The notes under the pieces were generated by a model. The model worked only from the letters and a program-made list of their open reading frames with translations. It did no database searches and was not told the origin of the DNA. This document shows, piece after piece, positions 26,311 to 37,600 of a stretch of 64,000 nucleotides of DNA. Source of the DNA: an uncultured virus (IMG/VR IMGVR_UViG_3300043086_000101) (lineage: Duplodnaviria; Heunggongvirae; Uroviricota; Caudoviricetes); the IMG/VR virus record IMGVR_UViG_3300043086_000101. One strand, given 5' to 3'. Position 1 is the first letter of the stretch, and every line of letters starts with the position of its first letter. A program made the translations under genes and the position numbers.

Positions 26311-26339
26311 TTGACAGTAAATAAAAAATAAGTTATAAT
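26311..26339 (+). promoter_or_regulatory. sigma70-type promoter
   Basis: TTGACA-N17-TATAAT. Confidence 0.8.
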
Positions 26340-26380
26340 ATAAATGTAATTAATTAACAAAGAGTTAAAAGGAGAATAAG

Positions 26381-27322
26381 TTGAAGAACTTCGTTAATAA
26401 GGCCAATGTTCAGGGTTACGTTTTCTCTCACAATCTTGCTGCCCGCATTTCTAAGAAGGGTGTTCCTTATATTGGTGGTACAGTTCAGATTGCTACTGAT
26501 GATGAGGCTATGAATGTTGTTCCTGTATCCTTTATTTATGTCACAGAAACTTTCGCCAAGAGTGGTAAGCCAAATGATACATACACCACGCTAAAGGAGA
26601 TTATTGAGGGTGACACTACTTTTGAGACAGCTGGCACAAATGCTCCTCGTGTTCGCATTGATGGTCGTGTTGGAGTAAATGATTTTGTTAGCCGAGATGG
26701 TGAGATGGTTTCTGCCAAGCGTATTGAAGGTTCTTTCGCTCATTTTATGTCTCCTGCCGAGAAGCTAAATGATCGACCTGCAACTTTTGATATGGATATG
26801 CTAATTTCTGGTTGCGGCACTCGTGAGTCTAATATTACTGGTAATGAGTATGCAGACCTTTCTGGTTATGTTTTTAATTTTCGTGGCGACCTAATTCCTG
26901 TAACTGTTCAGGTTACGAATGAAGCTGGCGTTAATTATTTTGTTGACCAGGATATTTCTAACAAGAATCCTATGCTTACTCGTGTTTGGGGTAATATTAA
27001 GTCTGACCAGATTCAGATTGCGAGTGAGACTGAATCTGCGTGGGGTGGTCCTTCTGAGGAGTATACTACCCGCACAATTCGTTCTTGGGATGTGGTAGGT
27101 TCTTCTGCCGAGCCAATGGAATTTGATGATGATTCTACAATCACTAAGAAGGAACTCAAGGCAGCTCTAGCAGCTCGTGAAGAGCGACTTGCAGAAGTTA
27201 AGCGTAATCATGAAGAATATCTTGCTTCTCGTAGTAATGCATCTGCATTTGCCGCAGCTCCTAAGAATGATGTTCCATTTGATAATGCATCAGACGATGA
27301 TGATGACGATTTCGATTTCTAA
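26381..27322 (+). CDS. Putative single-stranded DNA-binding protein
   Basis: Two OB-like beta-rich halves, acidic tail DDDDDDFDF, position in the replication cluster. Confidence 0.7.
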   Translation: MKNFVNKANVQGYVFSHNLAARISKKGVPYIGGTVQIATDDEAMNVVPVSFIYVTETFAKSGKPNDTYTTLKEIIEGDTTFETAGTNAPRVRIDGRVGVNDFVSRDGEMVSAKRIEGSFAHFMSPAEKLNDRPATFDMDMLISGCGTRESNITGNEYADLSGYVFNFRGDLIPVTVQVTNEAGVNYFVDQDISNKNPMLTRVWGNIKSDQIQIASETESAWGGPSEEYTTRTIRSWDVVGSSAEPMEFDDDSTITKKELKAALAAREERLAEVKRNHEEYLASRSNASAFAAAPKNDVPFDNASDDDDDDFDF

Positions 27323-27335
27323 AATATAATTGAAT

Positions 27336-27367
27336 AAGGTGGGATGAAATATTCCCACCTTCTTTTT
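27336..27367 (+). terminator. Intrinsic terminator
   Basis: AAGGTGGGA/TCCCACCTT stem plus T tract. Confidence 0.75.
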
Positions 27368-27398
27368 CTATTGGATATAATATTAGAAAGGAAATATT

Positions 27399-28032
27399 TT
27401 GGGTATCGATATTTTTTCTATTCAACCTCATGAAGTAAGTCGTGACCTTTCTGGATATACTGTACTTTTTTATGGCGAGCCAAAAACTGGTAAGACAACT
27501 ACTGCTGCAAAATTTGATAAAGCTCTCTTGCTAGCTTTCGAGACTGGTTATCTAGCAATCCCAGGTGTAATGGCACAGCCTATTAATAAGTGGTCTGAAT
27601 TTAAGCAGGTTCTTCGCCAACTAAAGGACGAAAAGGCACATGAGTCATTCAAAAATATAATTCTAGATACTGCCGATATTGCGTATGATCTATGCGAGAA
27701 GTATATTTGCGCACAAGCTGGTGTTTCAGCTATTAATGAAATTCCATATGGCCAAGGTTGGACTAAGGCCGCAAAGGAATTTGACGAAGCTATTCGTTCA
27801 ATTCCGCAGATGGGCTATGGTCTAGTCATGATTTCACATTCTCAGGATAAGGTTTTTAAAGATGAAGATGGTAATGAGTACAATCAGATTGTACCAACTC
27901 TTCCAAATAAGGCTCGACTAATTGTAGACCGCGCTGCCGATATTATTGGCTATGCACATCCCGTTCAAGATGAAGATGGTTCTACTCATACTCGTCTATA
28001 TATGCGTGGTACTCCTCGATTCGTTGCTGGGT
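27399..28032 (+). CDS. Sak4-like AAA (AAA_24) ATPase/recombinase, exon 1 (join 27399-28032, 29171-29544)
   Basis: GEPKTGKTT, IILDT, ISHSQ, DIIGY; the spliced junction reads RFVAG-S-RFK. Confidence 0.85.
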
Positions 28033-29170
28033 CAATTTTAACTTATTAATTCGCAAGGAGAAAACATGAAAGTCCAAAGAAATAGAAACGGACACATTTC
28101 TTGGACTGATGAACTTATTAATTTTATTATTGAAAATAGATATAATATATCATATGCTTCCAGAGAAACTGGAATAAGAAATCAAACGATTTCTAGAAAA
28201 TTAAATCAACTTGGCTACACAGATAGAACAAAAGGAAATCTTAGAAAATATACTGTGAATGAAAACATATTTGATAATATAGATTCTAAAGAAAAAGCAT
28301 ATTATTTAGGATTATTAGCGGCTGATGGCTCTCTTAATCAAAATAGTAGTTTAGTTAGATTATCTTTACACAATAATGATAAATATATGTTAGAGCAATT
28401 TAATGATTTTGTTGGGAGTAATAGACCAATTTTTTCTAATAAAAACGATTGTTGTAGTGAAGCTTGTATTAATAGTTTTTATATGCAGAAAAGTTTAATA
28501 AAATTTGGTGTAGGGTATCAAAAAAGTTACAATTTAAAAGCACCAAATATAAATAATTTATATGCAAAATCTTTTATTCTTGGTTTATTCGATGGTGATG
28601 GTTCAATTTCAAAAACAATAGATAAAGACGGTTATCCACATTATAGTTTTAGAATCACTGGAACAAAAGATATATTAGAATATTGTGCTAGTCATCTTTA
28701 TATATTCGATGGTAAATATTCTATAAAGTTAGAACATCGCTGCAAAGATACATACCAATTAAGCGTTATAGGAAATAAAAAAACAGCATTGTTATTATTA
28801 GATTTATATGATAATAATTTTAATAAGCCATTAAAAAGAAAATATTTCCGTTTTCAAGAATTAATAAATTATAACGGCTCCTTTAAAGAGGAATCTTTAT
28901 CGAAAAACCTTCCTAACCTATAAAAATAGGGTGTCCTTTTATAACAACAGGGCTAACGGTTCAGAAGTAAGAAATTACATTATGAGTAAGGGAACCTAAG
29001 TCTTTTTAAGATAAGGCAATACCGTGCAAAGTTCTTATTTATTATAAGAATATGTGTATCGACTATCCCGGCAGGGAGTAGGATTTTAGTGAAATTCTAA
29101 GTCCGAAATGGAAGGGGACCAGAACGGTTCAAGATATAGTCAGTCCCTTTGCGAAAGCATTGGATAGACG
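28033..29170 (+). mobile_element. Group I intron in the Sak4-like gene
   Basis: Exon ends in U, intron ends in G; P3 CCTTCC 28908-13/GGAAGG 29110-15; P7 GACTA 29061-65/TAGTC 29137-41; GCGAAAGC P9 loop; splicing restores the frame. Confidence 0.9.
28066..28923 (+). CDS. Intron-encoded LAGLIDADG homing endonuclease with N-terminal HTH
   Basis: AYYLGLLAADGS and FILGLFDGDGS motifs; AAGGAG RBS. Confidence 0.9.
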   Translation: MKVQRNRNGHISWTDELINFIIENRYNISYASRETGIRNQTISRKLNQLGYTDRTKGNLRKYTVNENIFDNIDSKEKAYYLGLLAADGSLNQNSSLVRLSLHNNDKYMLEQFNDFVGSNRPIFSNKNDCCSEACINSFYMQKSLIKFGVGYQKSYNLKAPNINNLYAKSFILGLFDGDGSISKTIDKDGYPHYSFRITGTKDILEYCASHLYIFDGKYSIKLEHRCKDTYQLSVIGNKKTALLLLDLYDNNFNKPLKRKYFRFQELINYNGSFKEESLSKNLPNL

Positions 29171-29544
29171 CACGTTTTAAACATACTCCAGATTATCTAG
29201 AATACTTTACCTATGATAATTTGGTTAATGCTATTGGCGATGCAATTGATAAGCAAGCCGCAGAAGATGATGGTAAATTTGTAACTTCTGAACGAACTAC
29301 TGCTTATCAAGTTGATGAATCCAAGAGTTATGATGAACTTATGCATGACATTAAAGAGCTAATCAAGAAGATTCAGAGTAATACTGGTGCTGAATTTAAG
29401 ACTAAGTGGCAACCAAAGATTACTGCTATTACTGATAAGTATCTTGGTGTGGGTAAGAAGGTTAATGATTGTACTCCAATGCAAACTGAGCAGCTAGAAC
29501 TTATTTATACAGACCTTGCTGATGAAGTTGCTAATGGACTTTAA
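29171..29544 (+). CDS. Sak4-like ATPase, exon 2
   Basis: No RBS or real start; continues RFKHTPDYLEYFTY after the intron terminal G. Confidence 0.85.
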
Positions 29545-29553
29545 GTAATATAT

Positions 29554-29585
29554 AAGAGGGATATGAAGAATATCCCTCTTTTTTT
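29554..29585 (+). terminator. Intrinsic terminator
   Basis: AAGAGGGATAT/ATATCCCTCTT plus T run. Confidence 0.8.
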
Positions 29586-29590
29586 ATCTC

Positions 29591-29619
29591 TTGACAAAGC
29601 ATAAGATATGTGATATAAT
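29591..29619 (+). promoter_or_regulatory. sigma70-type promoter
   Basis: TTGACA-N17-TATAAT with TG. Confidence 0.8.
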
Positions 29620-29651
29620 ATATATAAATAAAAATGATGTTAGGAGGTCAA

Positions 29652-30176
29652 ATGGCAAAGATAGAAGTAAAATGCCCTTGGTGCGGAGAAAAATTTGACC
29701 GCAATAACCCAGAAAATAAATATGTATATGAAGGCCGCAGATATTATCATGAAGCTTGTTACCAAGAGAAAAAAGAAAAAGAGAAAGATAGCGATAAAAC
29801 AAAGATTGCGGAAATTAGAAGTAAAGCAGCTCAGTGGTTAGGTGATTCTACTAATTATGCTATGGTATCTAAACAGATTAATAGCTATCTCAAAGATGGA
29901 TGGTCATATCAAGAAATATATAATGCATTAGTATATTGGATTGATGTGCGGCAAGAAAATCCGCAAAAGGCAAATGGTGGAATTGCAATTCTAAATTATA
30001 TTAGAAAAGACTCCGCAAAATATTGGGAAAATCAAAAAAAGATGGAAGAACAAGGTGAAGAAGTAAAAGAAAATCTTGAAGATTATATTTCTTTTAGACA
30101 CCAAGAACGAGTTGTTCCATCTAAAAGATATAAGATTCAGCGTCCAAAAAGGACTAACTTTTTTGAATTAGATTAG
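29652..30176 (+). CDS. Zn-finger replication-associated protein upstream of the helicase
   Basis: CPWC...HEAC; ATG after AGGAGG; function inferred from position only. Confidence 0.7.
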   Translation: MAKIEVKCPWCGEKFDRNNPENKYVYEGRRYYHEACYQEKKEKEKDSDKTKIAEIRSKAAQWLGDSTNYAMVSKQINSYLKDGWSYQEIYNALVYWIDVRQENPQKANGGIAILNYIRKDSAKYWENQKKMEEQGEEVKENLEDYISFRHQERVVPSKRYKIQRPKRTNFFELD

Positions 30177-30185
30177 GAGGGATAA

Positions 30186-31679
30186 GTGAGTCAATATTAT
30201 GATTCAGCAGCAGCAATTCAAGCAATTGGTTGTTGCTTCAATAATCCCTCTCTTCTAGATGCTGGTAGTGGTTATACTTTATCTGATACTGATTTTGTAA
30301 CTGATTTTCATAGAGTTGTTTTTGCTTCAATTGCAAATCTTCATAATGCTGGTGCGGAAAATATAGGCATTAAAACTATTGAAGATTACTTAGCAAAAAG
30401 ACCAAAGAGTTTAGCCATTTACAAAGATAGTGATGGTAGTAACTGGTTAATGAAAGTATTAAAAGAAGCACAGCCAACTAACTTTGATTATTATTATAAT
30501 CGAGTTAAGAAAATGTCATTACTTCGTGGATATAATGATATTGGAATGGATGTTTCTTTTATTCTTGATGAAGATAATGTTTTTGATATTGCAATGCGAG
30601 AAGAGCAAGAAAAGAAATTAAACGCTATGTCTCTTCAAGATATTGCAGATGAAGTCGAGAACAGAATAGTTAGAATTAAAGAAGTCATTGTAGATAATGA
30701 CTCAGATGAATCTTGTCAAATTGGTGATGGTCTAGAAAATCTAGTTGAACGACTTAAAGATGAACCTGTTCGAGGCTATCCATTATTTGACCGAGGCAAT
30801 AATATTGTTACAATGGGTGGTAGATTAGGAACATTTTATCTCAGGTCGGCTTCCACAGGCGTAGGAAAGTCCAGAACCGCTATGGCAGATGCATGTTTCT
30901 TGGCATGTGACCGCATGTGGGATAATGGACAGTGGGTAAGTATAGGCGAGAAGATTCCAACTGTCTTTATTTCTGTAGAGCTTGATAAAGAAGAACTGCA
31001 AACAATGGCTTTGGCTTTTATTAGTGGAGTACCAGAAAATCATATTCTAGAACAACAATTTGATTTTGAAGAAGTAGATAGAGTAGCTGAAGCAATTAAA
31101 ATCCTCAATGAATCAAAACTATTTATTGAATATCTACCAGATTATAGCATGATGGATATTGAGAATTGTATTAAGAGAAATATTAGAGTGAATAAAACAT
31201 CGGCAGTATTTCTTGATTATATTGCTACTTCAATGAAGATGATGGAAGAACTTAAAAGAAATGTTGGTTCGATGGTAGCACGAGAAGACCAAGCATTATT
31301 TCTTCTTGCAACAAAGATTAAGGATATTGCACAAAAATATGGTGTGTTTATTTATTCTTCAACTCAGCTAAGTAATAATTTTAAAGGCGAAAGAATCTTA
31401 GACCAAGGTATGCTTGCTGGAGCAAAAGCAATTGCTAACCGTGTCGATGTTGGTGAAATCATGGTTGACATGACTCCGCAAGATTTAGAAGAAATTAAAC
31501 CACTATTAGATGCAAATCCTGGTCTTGGAACTCCAAATGTAAAAATGTCAATATATAAAAATCGTAGAGGTAAATTCAATAGAATTATATTGTGGATGAA
31601 GGCAGATAAAAGTACATGTAGGTATGAAACAATTTTTGCAACAGATTACAACTATACATTAATTAATCTAGAAGCATAG
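30186..31679 (+). CDS. dnaB: Replicative DNA helicase, DnaB-like
   Basis: N-domain DFVTDFHRVVF, Walker A ASTGVGKS, SVEL, VFLDYI, STQL, KNRRG. Confidence 0.88.
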   Translation: MSQYYDSAAAIQAIGCCFNNPSLLDAGSGYTLSDTDFVTDFHRVVFASIANLHNAGAENIGIKTIEDYLAKRPKSLAIYKDSDGSNWLMKVLKEAQPTNFDYYYNRVKKMSLLRGYNDIGMDVSFILDEDNVFDIAMREEQEKKLNAMSLQDIADEVENRIVRIKEVIVDNDSDESCQIGDGLENLVERLKDEPVRGYPLFDRGNNIVTMGGRLGTFYLRSASTGVGKSRTAMADACFLACDRMWDNGQWVSIGEKIPTVFISVELDKEELQTMALAFISGVPENHILEQQFDFEEVDRVAEAIKILNESKLFIEYLPDYSMMDIENCIKRNIRVNKTSAVFLDYIATSMKMMEELKRNVGSMVAREDQALFLLATKIKDIAQKYGVFIYSSTQLSNNFKGERILDQGMLAGAKAIANRVDVGEIMVDMTPQDLEEIKPLLDANPGLGTPNVKMSIYKNRRGKFNRIILWMKADKSTCRYETIFATDYNYTLINLEA

Positions 31680-31693
31680 AAAGGAGAGTAAAC

Positions 31694-32770
31694 ATGTATA
31701 ACAAAGACGATGTGAAAGATGCTATCGAAATGGAAGATGTTTACTCTCTTCTCGATTATTTTCAAGCAGACCCGCAAATGTATTCTGACCAAATCATCAG
31801 CCGCACCGTCTGTCATGGTGGAGATAGTCATAAGCTATATTATTATGACGAACAACAATTATTTCACTGTTATTCTGGTTGCCATGATAGCTTTGATATA
31901 TTTGAATTAGTACAACGAGTGCGGCATATCGATGACTTGAATCAAGCAATTATTTTTGTTGTAGAATTTTTCAATTTGCAAGGCAGGGTTGAATCTGAAA
32001 ATATAAATACTCATGATAGTGAAGATTGGAAAATTCTAGCCGCATATGATAAGATTAATTCTATTCAATATGAAGAAGTTAACCAAGTCAAACTCCCCAT
32101 TTTAAATGAAAATATACTAAAATACTATCCAAAACCAATAGTCAAACCTTGGATTAGAGATAATATTAGTCAAGATATTTGCAATTACATGGGAATTTGC
32201 TATGACCCAGTAGATGGAAATATCCTAATCCCGCACAGGGATATTGAGGGAAATCTTATAGGCATTAGACAAAGGACTCTAATCAGAGAACAAGAGCAAT
32301 ATGGTAAATATAAACCTTGGCGCAGAGGTACTCAACTTTACAATCATCCTCTTGGATTTAATCTATATGGAATTAATAATGCCAAGAGTAACATAGCAAA
32401 AGTAAAAACTGCAATTGTAGTAGAATCTGAAAAATCAGTATTGCAATCAATGAGTTATCTTGGAACTGCTAACAATATTGCAGTAGCTGTATGCGGCAGT
32501 TCACTTTCAAAATATCAATTCAACATGCTTCTCAATCTAGGAGTTAATGAAGTAGTAATTGGTTTTGACAAAGACTTTGAAGAAATAGGTTCAGCGGAAT
32601 ATTTTCAAGTAATAAATAAATTAGAAAAGATATATGCAAAGTATCATACTTATGCTAATATTAGTTTTCTATTCGATGCAGAGAATGATACTCTAGGATA
32701 TAAAAATTCTCCTTTTGATAAAGGTAAAGATGCTTTCATGAAATTGTGGCGGCATCGTATATATTTATAG
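31694..32770 (+). CDS. DNA primase
   Basis: Zn-binding CH...HCYSGC, ILIPHRD, LYG, TOPRIM VESEKS and GFDKD. Confidence 0.85.
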   Translation: MYNKDDVKDAIEMEDVYSLLDYFQADPQMYSDQIISRTVCHGGDSHKLYYYDEQQLFHCYSGCHDSFDIFELVQRVRHIDDLNQAIIFVVEFFNLQGRVESENINTHDSEDWKILAAYDKINSIQYEEVNQVKLPILNENILKYYPKPIVKPWIRDNISQDICNYMGICYDPVDGNILIPHRDIEGNLIGIRQRTLIREQEQYGKYKPWRRGTQLYNHPLGFNLYGINNAKSNIAKVKTAIVVESEKSVLQSMSYLGTANNIAVAVCGSSLSKYQFNMLLNLGVNEVVIGFDKDFEEIGSAEYFQVINKLEKIYAKYHTYANISFLFDAENDTLGYKNSPFDKGKDAFMKLWRHRIYL

Positions 32771-32799
32771 TTGACAAATTAAAATTAAAATAGTATAAT
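32771..32799 (+). promoter_or_regulatory. sigma70-type promoter
   Basis: TTGACA-N17-TATAAT. Confidence 0.75.
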
Positions 32800-32829
32800 A
32801 TATTTAGATAAAAATACTATTTATAAAGG

Positions 32830-34602
32830 GTGATTATGAATTATAAACTTTACAAGGAAACAAATCCGCAATATTCAGCGTTGCAGCAAATTCTATATAA
32901 TCGTGGTATTCCGATAGAAAAACAAGAAGAGTGGCTTAATGCAAATGAAAATGATATTTATTCTTGGCGAGAGCTAGATAACAGTCTTAAGATGCAGCGA
33001 GCGGTTCAAATGGTTCAAGATACCATTTTAAAGAATAATGATATTCTTGTAGTAGTAGATGCGGATTGTGATGGATATACTTCTGCAGCTATCATTCTCA
33101 ATTATATTTATAAGCATTATCCTGATTATTATAAAGACCATATGTCTTATGTTCATCATGCAGGTAAGGAACATGGTCTTAATGATGTTCTAGATACTAT
33201 TCTTGAACAGAAGCCTGCATTAGTGATTGCACCAGATGGTGGTACAAATGACCTAGCCGCGCATAATATTCTTAATGAAAACAATATCAAGGTTCTTATC
33301 CTTGACCACCATGACGTTGAAGCAGATAAGAATATTGAATCCAGTCCAGCTTTGATTATTAATGTTCAACTAAGCAATTATCAAAATAAGGCTTTAACTG
33401 GCGCAGGAGTGGCATATAAGTTTTGTTGTGCATATTCTGAGCTTAATCATTTTGATGAACCTACTTGGTTAATGGATTTGTGTGCGCTTGGAAATTGCGG
33501 AGACATGAGTGACTATACTCAATTAGAAACTCGTGCAATTATTAATGTTGGTTTTAATAATATTAATAATAAATTTATCGATGCTATGGTACAAAAAAAT
33601 GGATATATTCTTGAAAAGAGAAATGGAATTAATTATAATTCATGTGCATTTGCAATTATTCCATTTATTAATAGCATAACTAGAAGTGGCACACAAGAAG
33701 AGAAAACAATTATATTTGAAGCCATGTTAGATGCTAATAGAAACCAAAAAGTTCCTTCATCAAAGAGAGGTGCAAAACATACCTTAGTTCCACTACATGA
33801 TGAAGCAGTTCTAGTTGCTGAGAGAGTTAAGCGTCGTCAAACCAAACTACAAGATGAAGCTATGGCTTTCTTAGAGCATAAAATTGAAGATGAAAATCTT
33901 CTTGATGACGCTATGCTTCTCTTACTTTGCAATCCTGGTGAAGTAGAAAAGAATCTCGCGGGACTTGTAGCAAATAAACTTCAGGCAAAATATCAAAGGC
34001 CAACAGCTGTTTTAACCAGAAACAAGAGCAAAGATGACACGGAATATTTCTATCGTGGTTCTATGCGGAATTATTCCATGTCTGAAAATCAAAATCTTAA
34101 AGATACTCTTTTAGCTACTGGTCATATTGAATTTTGTTCTGGGCATCAATCAGCGGCAGGATTAGGTATAGCTGAATCAGAGCTAGATGATTTTATTGCG
34201 GCGATGAATAAAGCATATGAAAATATCAATCTAGAAGCAACTTATTGGGTTGACTATATTTGGTATAAAAATACAATTGATGCAGATAAGATTCTAGATA
34301 TTGGCCGCATGAATATCTTTGGTCAAAATATGCCAGAATCTACTGTATGTATCTGTGATATTCCTCTAGATTCATCAAAGGTAACTTTAATGTCCAAAGA
34401 TAAAAATCCAACTCTAAAGATTAGTGTCAATGGAGTCGATATGATTAAATTTAAGTCTAGTCAAGAAGAGTTTGATGAATGGACCAGTGGAGATAAGGTT
34501 TTAACTGTTATTGGTAAATGTAAAGTAAATGAATGGAATGGAAAAGTATCTCCACAAATTATTGTTGATGACTATGAACTTACTGAAGAATGGATTTTTT
34601 AA
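32830..34602 (+). CDS. recJ: RecJ-like ssDNA exonuclease (DHH/DHHA1)
   Basis: DADCDG, LDHH, GAGVAYK, RGSMR, GHQSAAG, C-terminal OB fold. Confidence 0.92.
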   Translation: MIMNYKLYKETNPQYSALQQILYNRGIPIEKQEEWLNANENDIYSWRELDNSLKMQRAVQMVQDTILKNNDILVVVDADCDGYTSAAIILNYIYKHYPDYYKDHMSYVHHAGKEHGLNDVLDTILEQKPALVIAPDGGTNDLAAHNILNENNIKVLILDHHDVEADKNIESSPALIINVQLSNYQNKALTGAGVAYKFCCAYSELNHFDEPTWLMDLCALGNCGDMSDYTQLETRAIINVGFNNINNKFIDAMVQKNGYILEKRNGINYNSCAFAIIPFINSITRSGTQEEKTIIFEAMLDANRNQKVPSSKRGAKHTLVPLHDEAVLVAERVKRRQTKLQDEAMAFLEHKIEDENLLDDAMLLLLCNPGEVEKNLAGLVANKLQAKYQRPTAVLTRNKSKDDTEYFYRGSMRNYSMSENQNLKDTLLATGHIEFCSGHQSAAGLGIAESELDDFIAAMNKAYENINLEATYWVDYIWYKNTIDADKILDIGRMNIFGQNMPESTVCICDIPLDSSKVTLMSKDKNPTLKISVNGVDMIKFKSSQEEFDEWTSGDKVLTVIGKCKVNEWNGKVSPQIIVDDYELTEEWIF

Positions 34603-34618
34603 TTAAAAAATAAAAATT

Positions 34619-34662
34619 AGCCTATTGTCACACTTGACAATAGGCTTTTTTTATGTTATACT
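34619..34662 (+). promoter_or_regulatory. Overlapping terminator and sigma70-type promoter
   Basis: AGCCTATTGTCA/TGACAATAGGCT hairpin + T run; TTGACA 34634-39, N17, TATACT 34657-62. Confidence 0.8.
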
Positions 34663-34696
34663 TATATTAGATAAAGGAAAATTATAGGAGGGTTGA

Positions 34697-37600
34697 ATGG
34701 TAAAAAGATTTTGCCCGCACGCACATACTTATTATTCTAATATACGTATTCTTGATGCTATTGCAGACCCAAAAGAATTAATCAATAAAGCTATTGAACT
34801 TGGCATGAGTGGAATTGCTATCACAGAACACGGAAATGTTTGTTCCGCGCCAGTTGCTAATTTTTATGCGGAAGAAATCGCAGAAAAATATCCTGATTTT
34901 AAGGTAGCTCTTGGTTGTGAAATATATTTGACTGATACTCGTGAACAAAAGCAAGATTATTATCATGCTGTTCTTATTGCACGTGATACTATCGGTCATC
35001 AAATGATTCGTGAACTTTCTTCTATTGCATGGATGAATAGCTACTATGATAGAGGAATGGAACGTGTTCCAACTCTACGAAGTGAAATTGAAGACGCAAT
35101 TAAAAAATATGGCAAGGGTCATATGATTATGACTCAAAGCTGTCTTGGCGGTCGCGTTAATAAGCATCTCTCTAAAATGATTCAATGCGAAAAAACTGGA
35201 GATAAAGTTGGCCGCAAAGAAAATCATAAAATTATTGTTGATTTTATGAAATGGGCTGATGAATGGTTTGGTGATGATTTCTATCTAGAAATTGCACCAG
35301 CACCATATCCAGAACAAATTGAAGTCAACTCTAGAATGATGGGTCTATCTAAAGCTTTTAATAAGAAAATTGTTATTGGTGATGATGCTCATAGAGTTAA
35401 TAAAGAAGATTATGAAGCTCATAAGGCTTTCTTGAATAGTCAAATGGGTGAACGAGAGGATATTGATAATTTTTATCTTTATACTTATCTTCAATCAGAA
35501 GAAGAAGTTAAAGAACATATTAAAGATACTGGTCTAGATTATGATGAATTGGCAGCCAATAGTCAAGAAATATATAACAAACTTGAAAATTTCAGTTTGC
35601 GGCATAAACAGCACGTCCCGCAAGTTGAAGTTAAAAATTATCCAATTGAAGATAAAAACAGTCATAAATATAATCCTGATAAATATCCCGTGCTTGATGA
35701 ACTAATGCACTCCGACAATCCGCAAGAACGATATTGGATTAACTACTGCCAAGAGAAACTAGAAGAAAAAGATATTAATAAGCCTGAATATCTGGCGGAA
35801 CTTGAAGAAGAAGCTCGTATCCAAAAAGTAATTGGAGAAAAGCTAGAAACTTGTATTTTTAGTTATCCAATTTTCTTGCAGTATTATATTGACCTTATTT
35901 GGGATTGTGGTAGTACTGTAGGTGTTGGACGTGGTTCTAGTGTTGCTGGTCTTAATCATTATCTGTTAGGACTAACCCAAGTTGATCCGCTAGCTGAAGG
36001 TCTCCCTTACTATTGGCGGTTTCTTAATGATGAAAGAGTTGAATTACCAGATATAGATCTAGATTTCTGTCCAGATAAGCGAGCAGACGTATTCGCCAAG
36101 ATTCGTGAAGAGCGAGGTGAACTTGGTCTAATTCAAGTTTGTACTTTTGGTACTATGACTGCTAAAAGTGCAGTACAAAGTGCTATGCGAGGATATAGGT
36201 CTGATAAGCATCCAAATGGAATTGATAATGATATTGCACAATATGCAACAAGCTTGATTCCATCAGAACGTGGTTTTACATGGCCTCTTTCAGATGTAAT
36301 TTATGGCAACGAAGAAAAAAATCGTAAGCCAATTACAGAATTTGTAAAAGTAATTAAACAATATCCTGGTCTATTGGAGACTATTCTAAAAGTAGAAGGC
36401 TGTGTATCTCGTCGTGGAACTCATGCATCTGGTGTCCTTTTTCTTGAAAAAGGACATGAATATGATGAAGGCGCAATTATGCGCTCTCCAGATGGTTCTT
36501 TAGTTACACAATATGACCTTCATTCCGCAGAAGCTTGTGGCGCAGTAAAATATGACTTTCTTCTAACAGAAGTTCAGTCTATTATTACTCAAGCTATTAA
36601 AATTCTCCAAGAGCATAATGAGATTGAACCAGAACTAACTTTGCGGCAAGCATATGATAAGTATATTCATCCAACTGTTCTTCCCCTAGACGATGAACAA
36701 CTTTGGGATGATTTGGCTTTTAAAGATATTCCGCATAAATTTCAATTTGATTCTACTGTTGGCAGTCAAACTGTTAAAACTCTTAGACCACATTCCGCAA
36801 AGGAAATGGCAGATGCTAATAGCATTATGCGGCTAATGGCACCAGATACTTGGGATGAAACTCCGACTGAACGATATGCCCGCATGAAAAACGATATGTC
36901 ACAGTGGTACAAAGAAATGGATAAGTGGGGTCTAACAAAAGAAGAGCAAAAGGTTCTAGAGCCGCATTATCTACCAGTATATGCTTCTCCATGTCAGCAA
37001 GAGCAACTTATGCTTATTCTAATGGATGAAAATATTTGCGGATTCTCTTTGAAGGATGCAAATGCAGCCCGCAAAATTGTAGCTAAAAAGCAGCTAAGTA
37101 AAATCCCAGATTTGAAAGCAAAGATTCTTGAAACTGCTTCTTCTGAAAATCTAGGCAAATATATTTGGGAAACAGCAGTAGAGCCACAGTGCGGTTATTC
37201 ATTTTCAATTCTTCATTCTACTGTGTATTCATATATTGGACTTCAAACAGTTTATCTTGCTACTCATTGGAATAAGATTTATTGGGATTGTGCTTGTATG
37301 CAGATTGAAGGTGGAATTGAAAATGATTCTACCACTAACTATGATAAGATTGCTAAGGCAGTTTGTGCAGCTAGTACAAATGTTAATATATCTCCAATAG
37401 ACATCAATAAGTCAGGTTATCTATTTGAGCCAGACGTAGAAAATAATACTATTCTATATGGTATGAAAGCATTGGTTGGTATTAATGGTGATATGATTAA
37501 TGATATTATATCTCATAGGCCATATTCTTCTTTTGAAGACTTCTGCAGCAAAGTGAAATGCACTAAAAATACCCTAGTACCACTAATTAAATCTGGAGCA

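Noticed and set aside
28985..28995. 11-nt complement (AGTAAGGGAAC) of positions 72-82 inside the first intron
   Set aside because: A single isolated short match with no supporting context; plausible by chance.
29149..29170. Independent genes starting at 29149 (TTG) and 41278 (ATG)
   Set aside because: Both starts lie in intron 3' ends without an RBS; the ORFs are second exons.
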